NCBI GenBank assembly: GCA_039028615.1
Contig: JBCCHT010000039.1
Location: forward strand, 32,001 to 96,000
DNA: 64,000 nt
From: Myxococcota bacterium
GTDB lineage: Bacteria; Myxococcota_A; Polyangia; Nannocystales; Nannocystaceae
Direction: 5' to 3'
The notes beneath the pieces are model-generated. The model worked only from the letters and a program-made list of their open reading frames with translations, was not told the DNA's origin and made no database searches. This document shows positions 1-9,899 of the stretch, piece by piece; within the stretch, counting starts at the first letter, position 1, and each line of letters begins with the position of its first letter. Position numbers and translations under genes: made by a program.

Positions 1-806
1 TTGCTGGTGTCCTTGTTGGTCTTGAGCTGCCAGTTCGCGCGCTTCCACAGGTCGCCTGAAGGGTCCTCCATGGCGCGCTGCAGGTAGGCCTCGTCGATCT
101 TCTCGAGGTTGGTGAAGACGCCGTAGTACTCGCCGTTGACGACCAGCCGGGCATTGTTGGCACAGCCCGCCCGCACCCCGGCGTCACGCATGAACATCAG
201 GCCGAGACGGTCGCGCAGCAGGTGCCGGTTGTAGGTCGCGGCGTCGAGGGCCAGGCGCTTGAGGCCAAGGAAGTGACCGTCGGGATCCTGCGTGTGGAAC
301 CCGATCTGAAATTGCATCTTGTCCTCGGGCAGGGGATCCCAGTAGGTCGGGTTGCCGCGGAGGCGAATCGCCGCGTCCGTGATGACGACGTCCTGGTACT
401 TGAACTCGACGAGCGAATGGTAGGGCTTGGTCTCGACGCCCGCGTCCTCGTTGGCCTGCCCGTTGTTCCATTCCCACTCGAGCTGCTCCCACAGCGCTTC
501 GTGAATGGTGATCTCGAAGGTGGGCAGGTTGTCCTGCGCATAGATGGCGTGACAGCCCTCTTCGTCGGTCGGCGGAATGTCCTCGTTGGGATCGGGACCC
601 GGGTCGCCCATGTCTGGAGCCATGCCCGTCGAGCTTTCTCCCTCCGACGATTCATCGGCAGGGGAAACCTCCGTGGTGCCCACGGGAGCGGTGGTGGAGC
701 TGCTTCCACCGGAGTCGCCTGCGGTCGCGGGCGCATCCGAGTTACACGCCAGCAGACCGCCGCAGGCGGTGGCGAACAACCACTGTTTGGAGAGTGCAAG
801 CTTCAT
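1..806 (-). CDS. CotH kinase family lipoprotein (3' end runs off the window)
   Basis: Manual translation from ATG 806 (not in the ORF track): MKLALSKQWLFATACGGLLAC lipobox, Ser/Thr-rich linker, then IRLRGN...LGLKRLALD...LLRDRLG...ARLVVNGEYYGVFTNLEKID, a CotH-type N-lobe. Frame is open to position 3. Confidence 0.85.
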   Translation of the reverse strand, partial: MKLALSKQWLFATACGGLLACNSDAPATAGDSGGSSSTTAPVGTTEVSPADESSEGESSTGMAPDMGDPGPDPNEDIPPTDEEGCHAIYAQDNLPTFEITIHEALWEQLEWEWNNGQANEDAGVETKPYHSLVEFKYQDVVITDAAIRLRGNPTYWDPLPEDKMQFQIGFHTQDPDGHFLGLKRLALDAATYNRHLLRDRLGLMFMRDAGVRAGCANNARLVVNGEYYGVFTNLEKIDEAYLQRAMEDPSGDLWKRANWQLKTNKDTS

Positions 807-1099
807 CGGATCGAATCGGGAATGGGTCCAGTCCACGACGCGGCGCGCCAAAATGCACCTGCCGCCAACGCAATCAGACTAACACGGAAGACTGCTGAAC
901 CGTGGCCCATCGTGCGCCGTGCAGCGACGGCGGCGGCGCCAGACAATGCCAGTACACCGCACCGTAGACACTCACCTCGTCCGACCTCGGTGCCACCTTC
1001 ACCACAAGGATCGTGTTCAGCATCGTCGCGAAAAACGAGCGCCGAACCATCGCCATGTCGTGATGCCGCCGCGATCTGATAGGGTCTTTGTCGTTCAAC

Positions 1100-1882
1100 A
1101 TGCTTACGCTTTCTCGCCAGCCCCGTTGCGCCTCCCTCGCCTTCGCTACCAGTCTGTCGTGCTTTGCGTTCGGCTGTAACCAGGCCGATCCGATGGTGGC
1201 CGACGGCTCCTCGTCGGGCGGCGACGCGGGAGACACCACCGGGGTGGCCGACAGCAGCGATGGTGGAGAGGAAAGCACCACCGCCCCCGCCGATACCGAA
1301 GAGCCCCCGGCCGAGGCCGACTACTTCCCGCTGGCCGACGGGGCGACCTGGACGTACCAGCACACCACGCAGGATCAGCAGGTGTGGGACGAGGTGGTCG
1401 TCATGCGCGAGGTCGAGTTCAACGGCATGACCGCCTACGAGCAGGAGGACAACGGCAACAACGGCGAGAGCAGCACCAGCACCCTCGTTCGCGACGGCAC
1501 GGCCACGATGCGGGTGCACAAGCAGGTCAACCTCGGCAGCGCGGTGCTGATGGACGTCGAGTACGATCCCGGCTTCCTGCGCTTCGACAACAGCTGGGGC
1601 GAGGGCGACTCGGTCGTGTGGGCCTACAGCCGGGCGGAGTACGACGCCAACGGCATGCTGGTGGACGACACCCCGCGCAATCAGCTCTACACGGTGGAGT
1701 CGATGTCGGTGGAGGTCACCGTACCCGCGGGGACCTTCGACTGCGTGCAGGTCCTGCGCGAGCGGGTGGAGACGGGCGAGCTCAAGCGCTTTTGGTTCGC
1801 CGACGGCGTCGGCAAGATCAAGCACGAGACGGTGCAGACCGGCGCCACCGAGGAGCTGTCGGCCTACGACATCCCGGGATGA
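1100..1882 (+). CDS. Lipoprotein with beta-rich domain (VTVPAGTF motif), function unknown
   Basis: Lipobox-like FAFGC, acidic linker, YFPL..G.TWTY, VTVPAGTFDC, WFADGVGKIK motifs; GC3-rich codons. Start uncertain (1088 or 1100). Confidence 0.75.
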   Translation: MLTLSRQPRCASLAFATSLSCFAFGCNQADPMVADGSSSGGDAGDTTGVADSSDGGEESTTAPADTEEPPAEADYFPLADGATWTYQHTTQDQQVWDEVVVMREVEFNGMTAYEQEDNGNNGESSTSTLVRDGTATMRVHKQVNLGSAVLMDVEYDPGFLRFDNSWGEGDSVVWAYSRAEYDANGMLVDDTPRNQLYTVESMSVEVTVPAGTFDCVQVLRERVETGELKRFWFADGVGKIKHETVQTGATEELSAYDIPG

Positions 1883-1893
1883 AGGGCCGCGCC

Positions 1894-1916
1894 CGCGGGC
1901 CTCGGAAAGGCCCGCG
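1894..1916. terminator. Hairpin between convergent genes
   Basis: CGCGGGCCT-cggaa-AGGCCCGCG perfect 9-bp stem between the stops at 1882 (+) and 1944 (-); no U tract. Confidence 0.55.
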
Positions 1917-1943
1917 TCGCCAGTACGATTGCCGACCGCACGC

Positions 1944-3284
1944 TCAGGTCAGACCGGGCAGCTCGCCGTCGCTATACGCCGGGTTGCCGAACTGATCGTC
2001 GGGGATGCCCATCGCGTTTTGTAGCGACACGAACAGCTGGTTGTGCGTGGCCGTGCTGCCCTGCACCACGTAGCGCCCCGTGTTGAAGAAGCCACCCGCA
2101 CTCCCCGCGGTGACGTAGGGCATGGCGCGGCGGTCATGGTTGTTGCCCTTGGCCTGCTCGTTGACCCACACCAACACGCAGTTGTCGAAGAGCGTGCCGT
2201 CGCCCTCGGGGATCGACTTGAGTCGATCGATGAGGTACGCGAACTGCTCGGCGAACCAGATGTTGACCCGGGTGTTCTGCTCGACCTTGGGCGTGTCCTC
2301 GTCGCCCTTGTGGGCGAGCGAGTGATGCCCTTCCCTGAGGTCCTCGCCCAAGAACCCATAGACGTAGTCGGCCACCGAGTGGGTCCACATCAGCGTGCCG
2401 ACGCGTGTCAGATCGCAGGCCATGGCCATGACCATGATGTCCATCTGCAGCTGACCGATCTCCGGCAGCAGGTCGACCCGGGTGGGATCGATCTCGGGGA
2501 TGTCGATCATCTGGCACTCGCCCCCGAACTCCACGCCGTTGCGTTGCAGGCGGCCCTGGATGTCGGCGAGCGAGGAGATGTGAATCTCGAGCTTCTCGCG
2601 GTCCTGGTCCTCCATGCGGTCGGCCAGGCGCTGGTAGTCCATGGAGACCTGCTCCAGCAGTCGCTGCCGACGAACGCGTTGGTCCTCGATCTCGTTCGAC
2701 GACGCCTCGGGGTCGCCGAAGATCCGCGTGTACGCGGCGGCAGGATCGTTCTCCGGGGGGATGGGCTCGCCCGCGCCGCGGTAGTTGATGCGCCCGCTGA
2801 CGTCGGACTTGCCCACCAGCACCCCGAGCTCGAGCGAAGGGAACAAGGTGTCTTGGCCGACCGCCTGGGCGATCTTTTGGTCGATGGAGATGCCGCCCGC
2901 CCAACCGGCGGACTCGCCCGCGTCGCCGGCGAAGTTGCCTTCGAGCAGCTCGGTGGCGGTCAGGCACTGCCCCGTGCCCTTTTGGTGGGCATCGCCGGGA
3001 CCGCTGAACGCCGACTCCATGTCGACATTGCCCAAGATGAGCAGGTCCTCGCGATGGGCCTCGAGCGGGGTGAGGATGGGGCTGAGCTCGAAGTCGGTCT
3101 CGCCCCCCTCCGGCCAGAAGTTGTGCGGCACCGTGCCGTTGGGCGTGTAAAAGAAGATGATGCGCTTGTGCGGCTCACCGTGATCGGCAAAGGCCGGGCG
3201 GTAGCTCGAGACCAGCGGCAGCGCGAGAGCCGAGGTGCCCAGGTAGCGCAGCATGTCCCGGCGCGTCGGACGAATGATGCTCAT
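1944..3284 (-). CDS. DUF1552 family protein (Tat-exported)
   Basis: TRRDMLR twin-arginine signal; PNG...W.P, LSPILTPLE, SIDQ.IA, SLELG, MACDLTRV, HHSLAH, SIPEGDGTLFDN motifs; ATGA overlap with the upstream gene. Confidence 0.9.
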   Translation of the reverse strand: MSIIRPTRRDMLRYLGTSALALPLVSSYRPAFADHGEPHKRIIFFYTPNGTVPHNFWPEGGETDFELSPILTPLEAHREDLLILGNVDMESAFSGPGDAHQKGTGQCLTATELLEGNFAGDAGESAGWAGGISIDQKIAQAVGQDTLFPSLELGVLVGKSDVSGRINYRGAGEPIPPENDPAAAYTRIFGDPEASSNEIEDQRVRRQRLLEQVSMDYQRLADRMEDQDREKLEIHISSLADIQGRLQRNGVEFGGECQMIDIPEIDPTRVDLLPEIGQLQMDIMVMAMACDLTRVGTLMWTHSVADYVYGFLGEDLREGHHSLAHKGDEDTPKVEQNTRVNIWFAEQFAYLIDRLKSIPEGDGTLFDNCVLVWVNEQAKGNNHDRRAMPYVTAGSAGGFFNTGRYVVQGSTATHNQLFVSLQNAMGIPDDQFGNPAYSDGELPGLT

Positions 3285-4954
3285 TGTTCTTCCTCCCACT
3301 GCCCGGGGACCCGGCGGTAGCGGAATGCGTGGGTCTGCGTGAGCGCCACGAGTAGCTCTTGGATGCGGAACTCCGAGCGGGCGAAGGCCTCACGCACCAG
3401 CGCGAGGCTCTCGTCGTCGGCATCGGTCTCGCCTCGACCGTGGGCGAAGCGGAACCATTGGGTGGTCACGCAGTCGCGGACCTGTTGGCTGCCGCCCATG
3501 GCCGCGCCGAACTCGACGACGCCGTTGAACGCTCCGTCGATGTCGGTGGTGGCGATGAACTCTCCGCTCGCGTCGATGGGCAGGCCGTTTTCATCGTCGC
3601 GCCAGCGCCCCATCGCGTCGAAGTGCTCGAAGCCGAGGCCGAGCGGGTCGAGCATCTGGTGACAGCTGCTACACAACGGATCGGTCTTGTGCTGCTCGAG
3701 CTGCTGCCGGGTCGTCTGCGAGATGTCGACGTCGGGCGCCTCGGGGACGACGTCGGGGGGTGGCGGAGGGATCTGGCACAGCAGACGCTCGCGCACGAAC
3801 TTGCCGCGGTGGACGGGCGAGGTGCGGTTGGGCTTGGCGTACAGCGCCAGCAGCCCCGCCTGGGTCAGGAAGCCGGAGTAACGCGCCGGGTCGAGCTCGA
3901 CCCGCACGAACTGCTCCTCGGTCGCCCCCGGAGCATCGAAGCCGTAGAACTCGGCCAGCGGCTGGTTGACGATGGTGAAGGGCGCGGTGAACAGGGTGTC
4001 GAGCGTCGCGTCGGCATCGAAGACCGCGAACTCGAAGAAGCCCTCGGTCTCCTGCTGCAGCAGCGGCAGGATGTCGGGGTCGTAGTCGGGGAACATCTCG
4101 GTGTCCTTGCCGATGCCGGCGAGGACCTCGGTGACCTTCTCGAGCTCGAGCCACTGACGATGGAAATTGCGCACGGCCTCGCGGGCCCGCGGCGCCCGGA
4201 GCAAGCGTCGCGCCTGCTGCTCGAGCTGCTCGGGGGTGCGGAGCTCGTCGGCATCGGCCGCGTCGATGAGGATGCGATCGGGCGGGCTGTTCCAGAACAA
4301 GAACGAAAGCCGCGTCGCCATCTCGTGCGGCGACAGCTCGTCGATGCCCTCGGCGTTGGGCTCGTTGCGCCCGAACTCCACCCGGTACAGGAAGTGGGGC
4401 GATTGCAGCATGCCCGCCACCACCAGCTCGACACCGCTGAGCGCATCGAAGCCGCCGTCCAGCGCGGTGCCGTCGGAGAAGACGGCAAACCACTCGGTGA
4501 CCTCGTCGTCGGCCATGGGACGACGGAAGACCTCCTTGCCGAAGCTGCGGATCCACGCCTGCGACTGCGTCGTGCAGCCTCCGTCGAGGCTCGTGGCGTT
4601 GGCACAGCTGGCCAGCGTGGCGAGGATGGTGGGGCTGTGCTTGACCGCGAGATTCTCGGCTGCGGTGAGGAACTGCTCGGCGAGCAAGGGGCTCACCACC
4701 AGCGCGGAGGCCTGGTTGTTGAAGCCCAGCGCGGTCTCCTCGGGCGCGAAGGCCAGGGCCGGCTGCGAGGTGTCACCGAAGATCTGAAAGACCGCGTTGT
4801 TGTACTCGAGCCGCGTGAGTCGGCGCAGCGGCGACGGACCCGGGTCACCGATCGAGATGCCCTCGTCGGGATCCTCGCCGCCGCAGCTGCTGGCCGCGAC
4901 CAGCAGCGAGGCGACCGCCCCCCACGCCACGCTCCGGGCCGCCGTAGTCTTCAT
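3281..4954 (-). CDS. DUF1592/DUF1588/DUF1587 family c-type cytochrome lipoprotein
   Basis: Lipobox ASSC; LRRLTRLEYNN, LQSPHFLYRVE, MATRLSFLFWNSPPD, TSPVHRG, CSSCH heme motif, DPLGLGFEHFD..GRWR. Confidence 0.9.
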   Translation of the reverse strand: MKTTAARSVAWGAVASLLVAASSCGGEDPDEGISIGDPGPSPLRRLTRLEYNNAVFQIFGDTSQPALAFAPEETALGFNNQASALVVSPLLAEQFLTAAENLAVKHSPTILATLASCANATSLDGGCTTQSQAWIRSFGKEVFRRPMADDEVTEWFAVFSDGTALDGGFDALSGVELVVAGMLQSPHFLYRVEFGRNEPNAEGIDELSPHEMATRLSFLFWNSPPDRILIDAADADELRTPEQLEQQARRLLRAPRAREAVRNFHRQWLELEKVTEVLAGIGKDTEMFPDYDPDILPLLQQETEGFFEFAVFDADATLDTLFTAPFTIVNQPLAEFYGFDAPGATEEQFVRVELDPARYSGFLTQAGLLALYAKPNRTSPVHRGKFVRERLLCQIPPPPPDVVPEAPDVDISQTTRQQLEQHKTDPLCSSCHQMLDPLGLGFEHFDAMGRWRDDENGLPIDASGEFIATTDIDGAFNGVVEFGAAMGGSQQVRDCVTTQWFRFAHGRGETDADDESLALVREAFARSEFRIQELLVALTQTHAFRYRRVPGQWEEEQ

Positions 4955-6951
4955 GGTGCGGCAACCTTGGCGACGTAGCCGTCGCTGCTGCCGTACCCGG
5001 TGATGGACCCCAGGGGAGCGAAGTCGAAGCCCGAGGAGAAGAAGCGACCGGCGACGACGGAGTGGCCTTCGGGGCTGACGTCGACGGAGAGCGCGGACTC
5101 GGTGCCCGCTCCGCCCCAGCGCTGCGCATCGATGAAGCCCCCGTCGGCGTCGAAGCGAGCGAGGTAGGCGTCGATCTTGCCCGCGCTGATGGTGTCACCC
5201 GAGCCGCCGAAGAAGGCCGCGCCCGCGATGGAGCCCGCCAAGTGGATGGTGTCGTCGGGCCCGATGGCGAGCCCCGGCCACGTGTTGGTCTCGAAGTCGC
5301 TTTCGAACTGGTCGCGGTCGTCACCGAAGCCGTAGGCCCAGATCGCGTTGCCGTCGGGATCGAAGCGCGCGAGGAAGATGTCACGCAAGCCGCCGCTCTC
5401 GATGAGTCCCGTGGCCCCGCCGAACTCGAGCTGATCGGTGAACGACCCGGTGACGACGATGTCGCCGTTGTTGGCCAGCGCCAGGTCGTAGCCCTGGTCG
5501 GCTCCGCTGTCGCCCGCGGACAAGACCCACAGCGGCGCGCCGTCGGGGTCGTACTTGCCGATGATGACGTCGGTGCCGTCGTTGGCATCGAGCTGCTCGG
5601 CGCCGAAGCTCACCGACTCGGAGAAGTAGCCGGTGAAGTAGACGCCCGAGGCATCGGCCGCGATGCCCCAGCCGTAGTCGTCCCCCGCCCCGCCGATGCG
5701 GTTGGCCCACAGGACCTGACCGTTTTGCGCGGCCAGCTTGATCACGAACAGGTCGCGAAGACCCTGGCTGGCGAATTGGGTGCCGCCGAAGGTGCCGTCG
5801 CCCGTGAAGGTACCCGCCACGTAGACGTTGCCCGAAGGATCGACCGCCACTCGCTCGCTGCGGTCGGGGTCGATGCCGCCGACCATGTTGCTCCACTGCA
5901 GCGAACCGTTGCTGCCGAAGCGGGCGATGAACACGTCGTCGGTGCCCAAGGCATCGTGCGGCGTGCCGCCGAAGTCGATGATGCCGAAGGCCCGGCCGAT
6001 GACCACGATGTTGCCATCGCCGTCGACGACCACGTCGCCCGCGTACTGGTTGCTGCTGTCGCCGAACTGCCGCGTCCAGATCGGGTTGCCGAACTCGTCG
6101 AGGCGCTCGAGGAAGATGTCGTGCTTGCCGTTGTCGGAGACGTGCGGGCCGTCGCCGAAGATGACCGTGCCCTCGAAGTCACCGGCCACGATGACGTCAC
6201 CCGTGGAGCGATCGACCGCGACCGCCCGCGCCTGCTGGCTGTCTTCTTGATGGAAGCCGAGCAGCCAAGTGTCGGTGCACTCGGGGGTCAGGCCATCGCA
6301 GTTGTCGTCGGTATCGGTGAAGCAGTCCTCGAAGACGGGCGCCGTCTCGCCCTCGCAGGGGCCCCACAGCGCGTCGTCGAGGCACCGCTGCATGCCGCCG
6401 ATGCAGGCGGCCACGCCCTCGGTCTCGGGCAGGCCGGAGTAGCACTCGCGCATGTCGCCGGGCGTGCACATCTCGGGCACGGGACCGTCGTCGTCTTCGG
6501 TCTCGCCCTCGTCGTCTTCGGTCTCGCCGTCGTCACCCGTGGTGCCTTCACCACCGCCGGGAGGCACCAGGCCCGAGACCCACTCCACGACGCACTGCAC
6601 GTCTTCTTCGGGCAGAGGCGGCATACCGAGCGGCATGACCACGCCGCACGAGGGGTCGGGCATCATCTTTTCGATCAGCACGCTGCCCTGGGGATCCGAA
6701 GGATCGGCGATCACCCCGGGACACTGCGTCGCCGGCTGGAGCACGATGCGGGTCTCGAGACCCGGCGAGACCAGGTCGAGGTTGGCCGCAGGCGTCGTGC
6801 CTTCGTGGCATGCAGCGGTCGAACAATTGTCGACGAACAACTGCGGCACATCGACCTCGGCACATCGATCTTCGGTGCTCGGACCGGGGTCCGAACCCTT
6901 GCACCCCGATGTCGCCGCGATGAGCCCCGCTAGGGTTATCCAATGCTTCAT
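4951..6951 (-). CDS. Lipoprotein with N-terminal cytochrome c-like domain and C-terminal beta-propeller (SBBP-like repeats)
   Basis: MKHWITLAGLIAATSGC lipobox; CSTAACH followed later by MP; Cys-rich linker; repeated VAVD..GN..V.G.F.G...FG / D.F.A.F...G...W units; ATGA overlap with the DUF1592 gene. Confidence 0.8.
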   Translation of the reverse strand: MKHWITLAGLIAATSGCKGSDPGPSTEDRCAEVDVPQLFVDNCSTAACHEGTTPAANLDLVSPGLETRIVLQPATQCPGVIADPSDPQGSVLIEKMMPDPSCGVVMPLGMPPLPEEDVQCVVEWVSGLVPPGGGEGTTGDDGETEDDEGETEDDDGPVPEMCTPGDMRECYSGLPETEGVAACIGGMQRCLDDALWGPCEGETAPVFEDCFTDTDDNCDGLTPECTDTWLLGFHQEDSQQARAVAVDRSTGDVIVAGDFEGTVIFGDGPHVSDNGKHDIFLERLDEFGNPIWTRQFGDSSNQYAGDVVVDGDGNIVVIGRAFGIIDFGGTPHDALGTDDVFIARFGSNGSLQWSNMVGGIDPDRSERVAVDPSGNVYVAGTFTGDGTFGGTQFASQGLRDLFVIKLAAQNGQVLWANRIGGAGDDYGWGIAADASGVYFTGYFSESVSFGAEQLDANDGTDVIIGKYDPDGAPLWVLSAGDSGADQGYDLALANNGDIVVTGSFTDQLEFGGATGLIESGGLRDIFLARFDPDGNAIWAYGFGDDRDQFESDFETNTWPGLAIGPDDTIHLAGSIAGAAFFGGSGDTISAGKIDAYLARFDADGGFIDAQRWGGAGTESALSVDVSPEGHSVVAGRFFSSGFDFAPLGSITGYGSSDGYVAKVAAP

Positions 6952-7927
6952 ACCGACTTCCACCGTCGGCCACGGTAACACCCCATCGCGCGCACGACCA
7001 TGGTGCAGACATCGACGACGATGCGAGTCACAGTGTCGAGTTGGTCCTCGCTCGAACTCGACCTACCGCGATGTGGGACCTTCGTGGGCGTCGCGCCCGC
7101 GAACCATGAGTCGATTGCGAAGCAGTCGATTCGACCTACACCGGGACCGTCGATGAACTCGGCCGCCGAACAACCAGGCGTGTCGTGGGTCGAGTTTCCA
7201 CGAGGCACTACGTGGCCGGATCGTTGGGGATGCTCGAGTGTCCGACTCGCACTCCCACCTCGCCCGCGTTGTCGGTGCAGTCTTCGATTTATGCCCATGA
7301 ACGACGTTCAGCTCACCTTTGCGCGCTCATGATGTCGTACTCGCTGCGCTGGACTTCGTCGCCGTTTTCGTCGACGACGTGCTGCGGATCTCCGTCCGAC
7401 GAGACCGTCGGTATGCAGGCTCTGCACATCGGCCGCGACGCTCTCTCCGATTTCGATCGCACGCATGTTCGGTCGTCGTACTCAGATACGCATGCCAGGT
7501 TCTCGCCCTTTGTCCTACTGCGGCTGCAAGATCCTGACACCAAGCATCGGCGCCCTCGATGCCACCCATCCCGCCCACGCTCGACGCTAGTGACAACGAA
7601 CGACGGCGGTGGAAAGAGGATCGAGGATACGCAACCCCATCGTCGGTCACCGCTCGGTGTCAGTTTCGCGCACGCGCGATCACGGCGGCGGTTCGGGGGG
7701 TGAACGCTCGTCCCGTTGTGGCACTCGCCACCACCCGCCGCCGGGTCCGACAACCCCTCTGAATGTTTGAATACTTGATCGTATCCGCCCCCCGGGCGAT
7801 CCTAACGTTCAGGCCTCGGCCAAGGAGGGCCAAAGCCCCACGGAAGCGGCGCAAAGGGGCAGGAAACGGTCAATGTTCAGCGTTGAGCGCAAGGGTGCCC
7901 GGTGCCCAGGGTTCGACCACGGAGTCG

Positions 7928-9883
7928 GTGGTGGCTGAGCAGACGTGGGTGCAGCGGCTACGCGGGGGGCAGGGCGTCGGCATGCTCTTGCTGCTGTCGT
8001 TGCTGTTCGTGGCCGCGTTGCACTCGACTTCGATTCCCGACGCGATCGACGCGTCGCTGCAGTCGGCCTACTACCGCGCGGGCATTCCCTCGAGCACCGA
8101 GCAGCGCGTGCTGCTGGTCGAGGCCGACGACGAGACGACCCAACACTGGGGCTCGCCGCCGTGGACGGAGCAACGACGCCGAGCCCTGCTCGACCGCATC
8201 GCCCAGGGTCAGCCCGCGGCGCTGGTGGTCGTGGATGGTGCACGGATGTTCCCGGTCCGTTCGGACACCGCCGACGCCCCCCCGCCCGACGATGGCCTCC
8301 CGTCGTCGCTGGTGTACGTGGAGCTGTCCACCCACATCGACCCCGGCTCGAACCAGGTCGACTCGCTGAGCGACGGGGATGTACGACTCCGTAGGTTGGA
8401 CCCCGTGCTCGAGGTGCTCGAGCACGACGAGCCCCGCGCCGAGCAGCTGCCGATCCACTATCTATGGCCGCGCTCGCGACTGCCGACCATGTCGTTCAAG
8501 CGCATCGAGCAGGGCGACGTGCCGCCGTCGATCTTCGAGGACAAGGTCGTGGTCGTGGGCCTGACCAGCCCCGATCATCGCGACGCGCTGGCGACCCCGA
8601 TCGGCGCCCTGACCTCGCCCGAGATCATCAGCCACACCTTCGCCATGGTCGCCGACGGCCGCCGCTTCCACGAGCCGAGCTGGTTGGTACGCGTGGGCGG
8701 CCTGCTGCTCGTGCTCGCTGCGACCATGCTCGCCATGCGGGGCACCACGCCATCGCAGGCGGTGGTGCGCGTGGCCGCGCTGCTCGCCGTGCTGCTGGCG
8801 ATCGACCTGGTGCTCTTCTCCCGCGGGCTGATGCGCTGGGGCGTGAGCACCGAGCTCATCGTGGTGGTCTCGATCCTGATGGGGCACTGGTATCGCAGCC
8901 AGCAGGACAGCGCGGCGCTGGTGCAGACGGTCTCCAGCAAGATCTCCGAGCAGCTCGAGTCCGAGACCGTCGGCGAGCCCGCCCCCGAGGATGGCTTCTG
9001 GCAGGACATCGCCGAGACGGCCAGCGCCTACCTCGAGCTCGACTTCACCGGGGCGCTCATCGAGCTCCCCGAGGGCCAGTGGCACCTGCAGACGCGGGCC
9101 TTCATGAACATGGACGAGGAGGGCATCGCCGAGCGGCGCCGCGACGTCCGGCGTCCGCCCTACCGCGCCGCGTTCCTCACCCACAAGCCGCACCGCTGCG
9201 AGCGGCCCTTCATGGCCGACGAGTCTCGCTACACCCTGGCCGTGCCGCTGGCCTTCGAGGGTCGACTCTACGGCATGTGGATGGTCGGCCTCGACAAACA
9301 GACCGAGCTCGAGCGCTCCGACAAGACCTTGCTCGAGCAGCTCGGCCACGAGCTGGGCCGCAGCATCGCGGCCGCCCGGCGGGGCAAGCCCTTCGGCGAG
9401 TCCCTGCCGCTCAGCTCCGGCGACATGGCTCACCGCTTCGCGCAGCTCATCCACGGGGTCGAGGCCCTCGGCCAGGACAAGCGCCGCGTCGTCGACACCT
9501 TCGACGCCCTGCCCATGGGGCTGTTGGTCGCGAACATCTGGGGCCACATCGTGCAGAGCAACGCCGCGCTGCGCTCCGAGCTGGCCGACCAGTTCCCCGA
9601 CGGCATCCCCAACAACGACCTGCGTGCCGTGCTGTCGCGCGTCACGGGCACCTCGCTCGAGGGGGTGCACGGGATCATGCGGACGGTGATCCGCACGGGC
9701 AATACCGTCCGGCTGCGCTCGGCCGAGGCCAACGCGCGCGACTCGAGCTTCCTGCTCATGCCCATGCAGACGGAGGGCTCGACCGGTGCCCATGCGTCCA
9801 GCGAGCCCGCGACGCACCTGGTGCTGATGATCGTGCCCGAAGACATGGGCCCCACGGTGGACATGCTCGTCCGAATCGCCTGA
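7928..9883 (+). CDS. CHASE2 - 3TM - GAF - PAS sensor protein with no output domain
   Basis: N-terminal hydrophobic helix; LLVEADDET..HWGSPPW and FEDKVVVVG.....D...TP.G..T.PEI (CHASE2); three TM helices; LAVPLAFEGRLYG (GAF); FDALPMGLLVAN.WG.IVQSN (PAS), then stop. Start uncertain (ORF open from 7763; GTG near 7928 preferred). Confidence 0.75.
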   Translation: MVAEQTWVQRLRGGQGVGMLLLLSLLFVAALHSTSIPDAIDASLQSAYYRAGIPSSTEQRVLLVEADDETTQHWGSPPWTEQRRRALLDRIAQGQPAALVVVDGARMFPVRSDTADAPPPDDGLPSSLVYVELSTHIDPGSNQVDSLSDGDVRLRRLDPVLEVLEHDEPRAEQLPIHYLWPRSRLPTMSFKRIEQGDVPPSIFEDKVVVVGLTSPDHRDALATPIGALTSPEIISHTFAMVADGRRFHEPSWLVRVGGLLLVLAATMLAMRGTTPSQAVVRVAALLAVLLAIDLVLFSRGLMRWGVSTELIVVVSILMGHWYRSQQDSAALVQTVSSKISEQLESETVGEPAPEDGFWQDIAETASAYLELDFTGALIELPEGQWHLQTRAFMNMDEEGIAERRRDVRRPPYRAAFLTHKPHRCERPFMADESRYTLAVPLAFEGRLYGMWMVGLDKQTELERSDKTLLEQLGHELGRSIAAARRGKPFGESLPLSSGDMAHRFAQLIHGVEALGQDKRRVVDTFDALPMGLLVANIWGHIVQSNAALRSELADQFPDGIPNNDLRAVLSRVTGTSLEGVHGIMRTVIRTGNTVRLRSAEANARDSSFLLMPMQTEGSTGAHASSEPATHLVLMIVPEDMGPTVDMLVRIA

Positions 9884-9899
9884 CCTCGCCCCGATCGAC

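Noticed and set aside
222..1079. 285-aa plus-strand ORF
   Set aside because: Antisense shadow of the minus-strand CotH gene.
6952..7900. Several 70-170 aa ORFs in the divergent region upstream of the PGA operon
   Set aside because: No GC3 bias, RBS or recognisable motif in any frame. Treated as regulatory or degenerate DNA; no convincing sigma54 -24/-12 element found.
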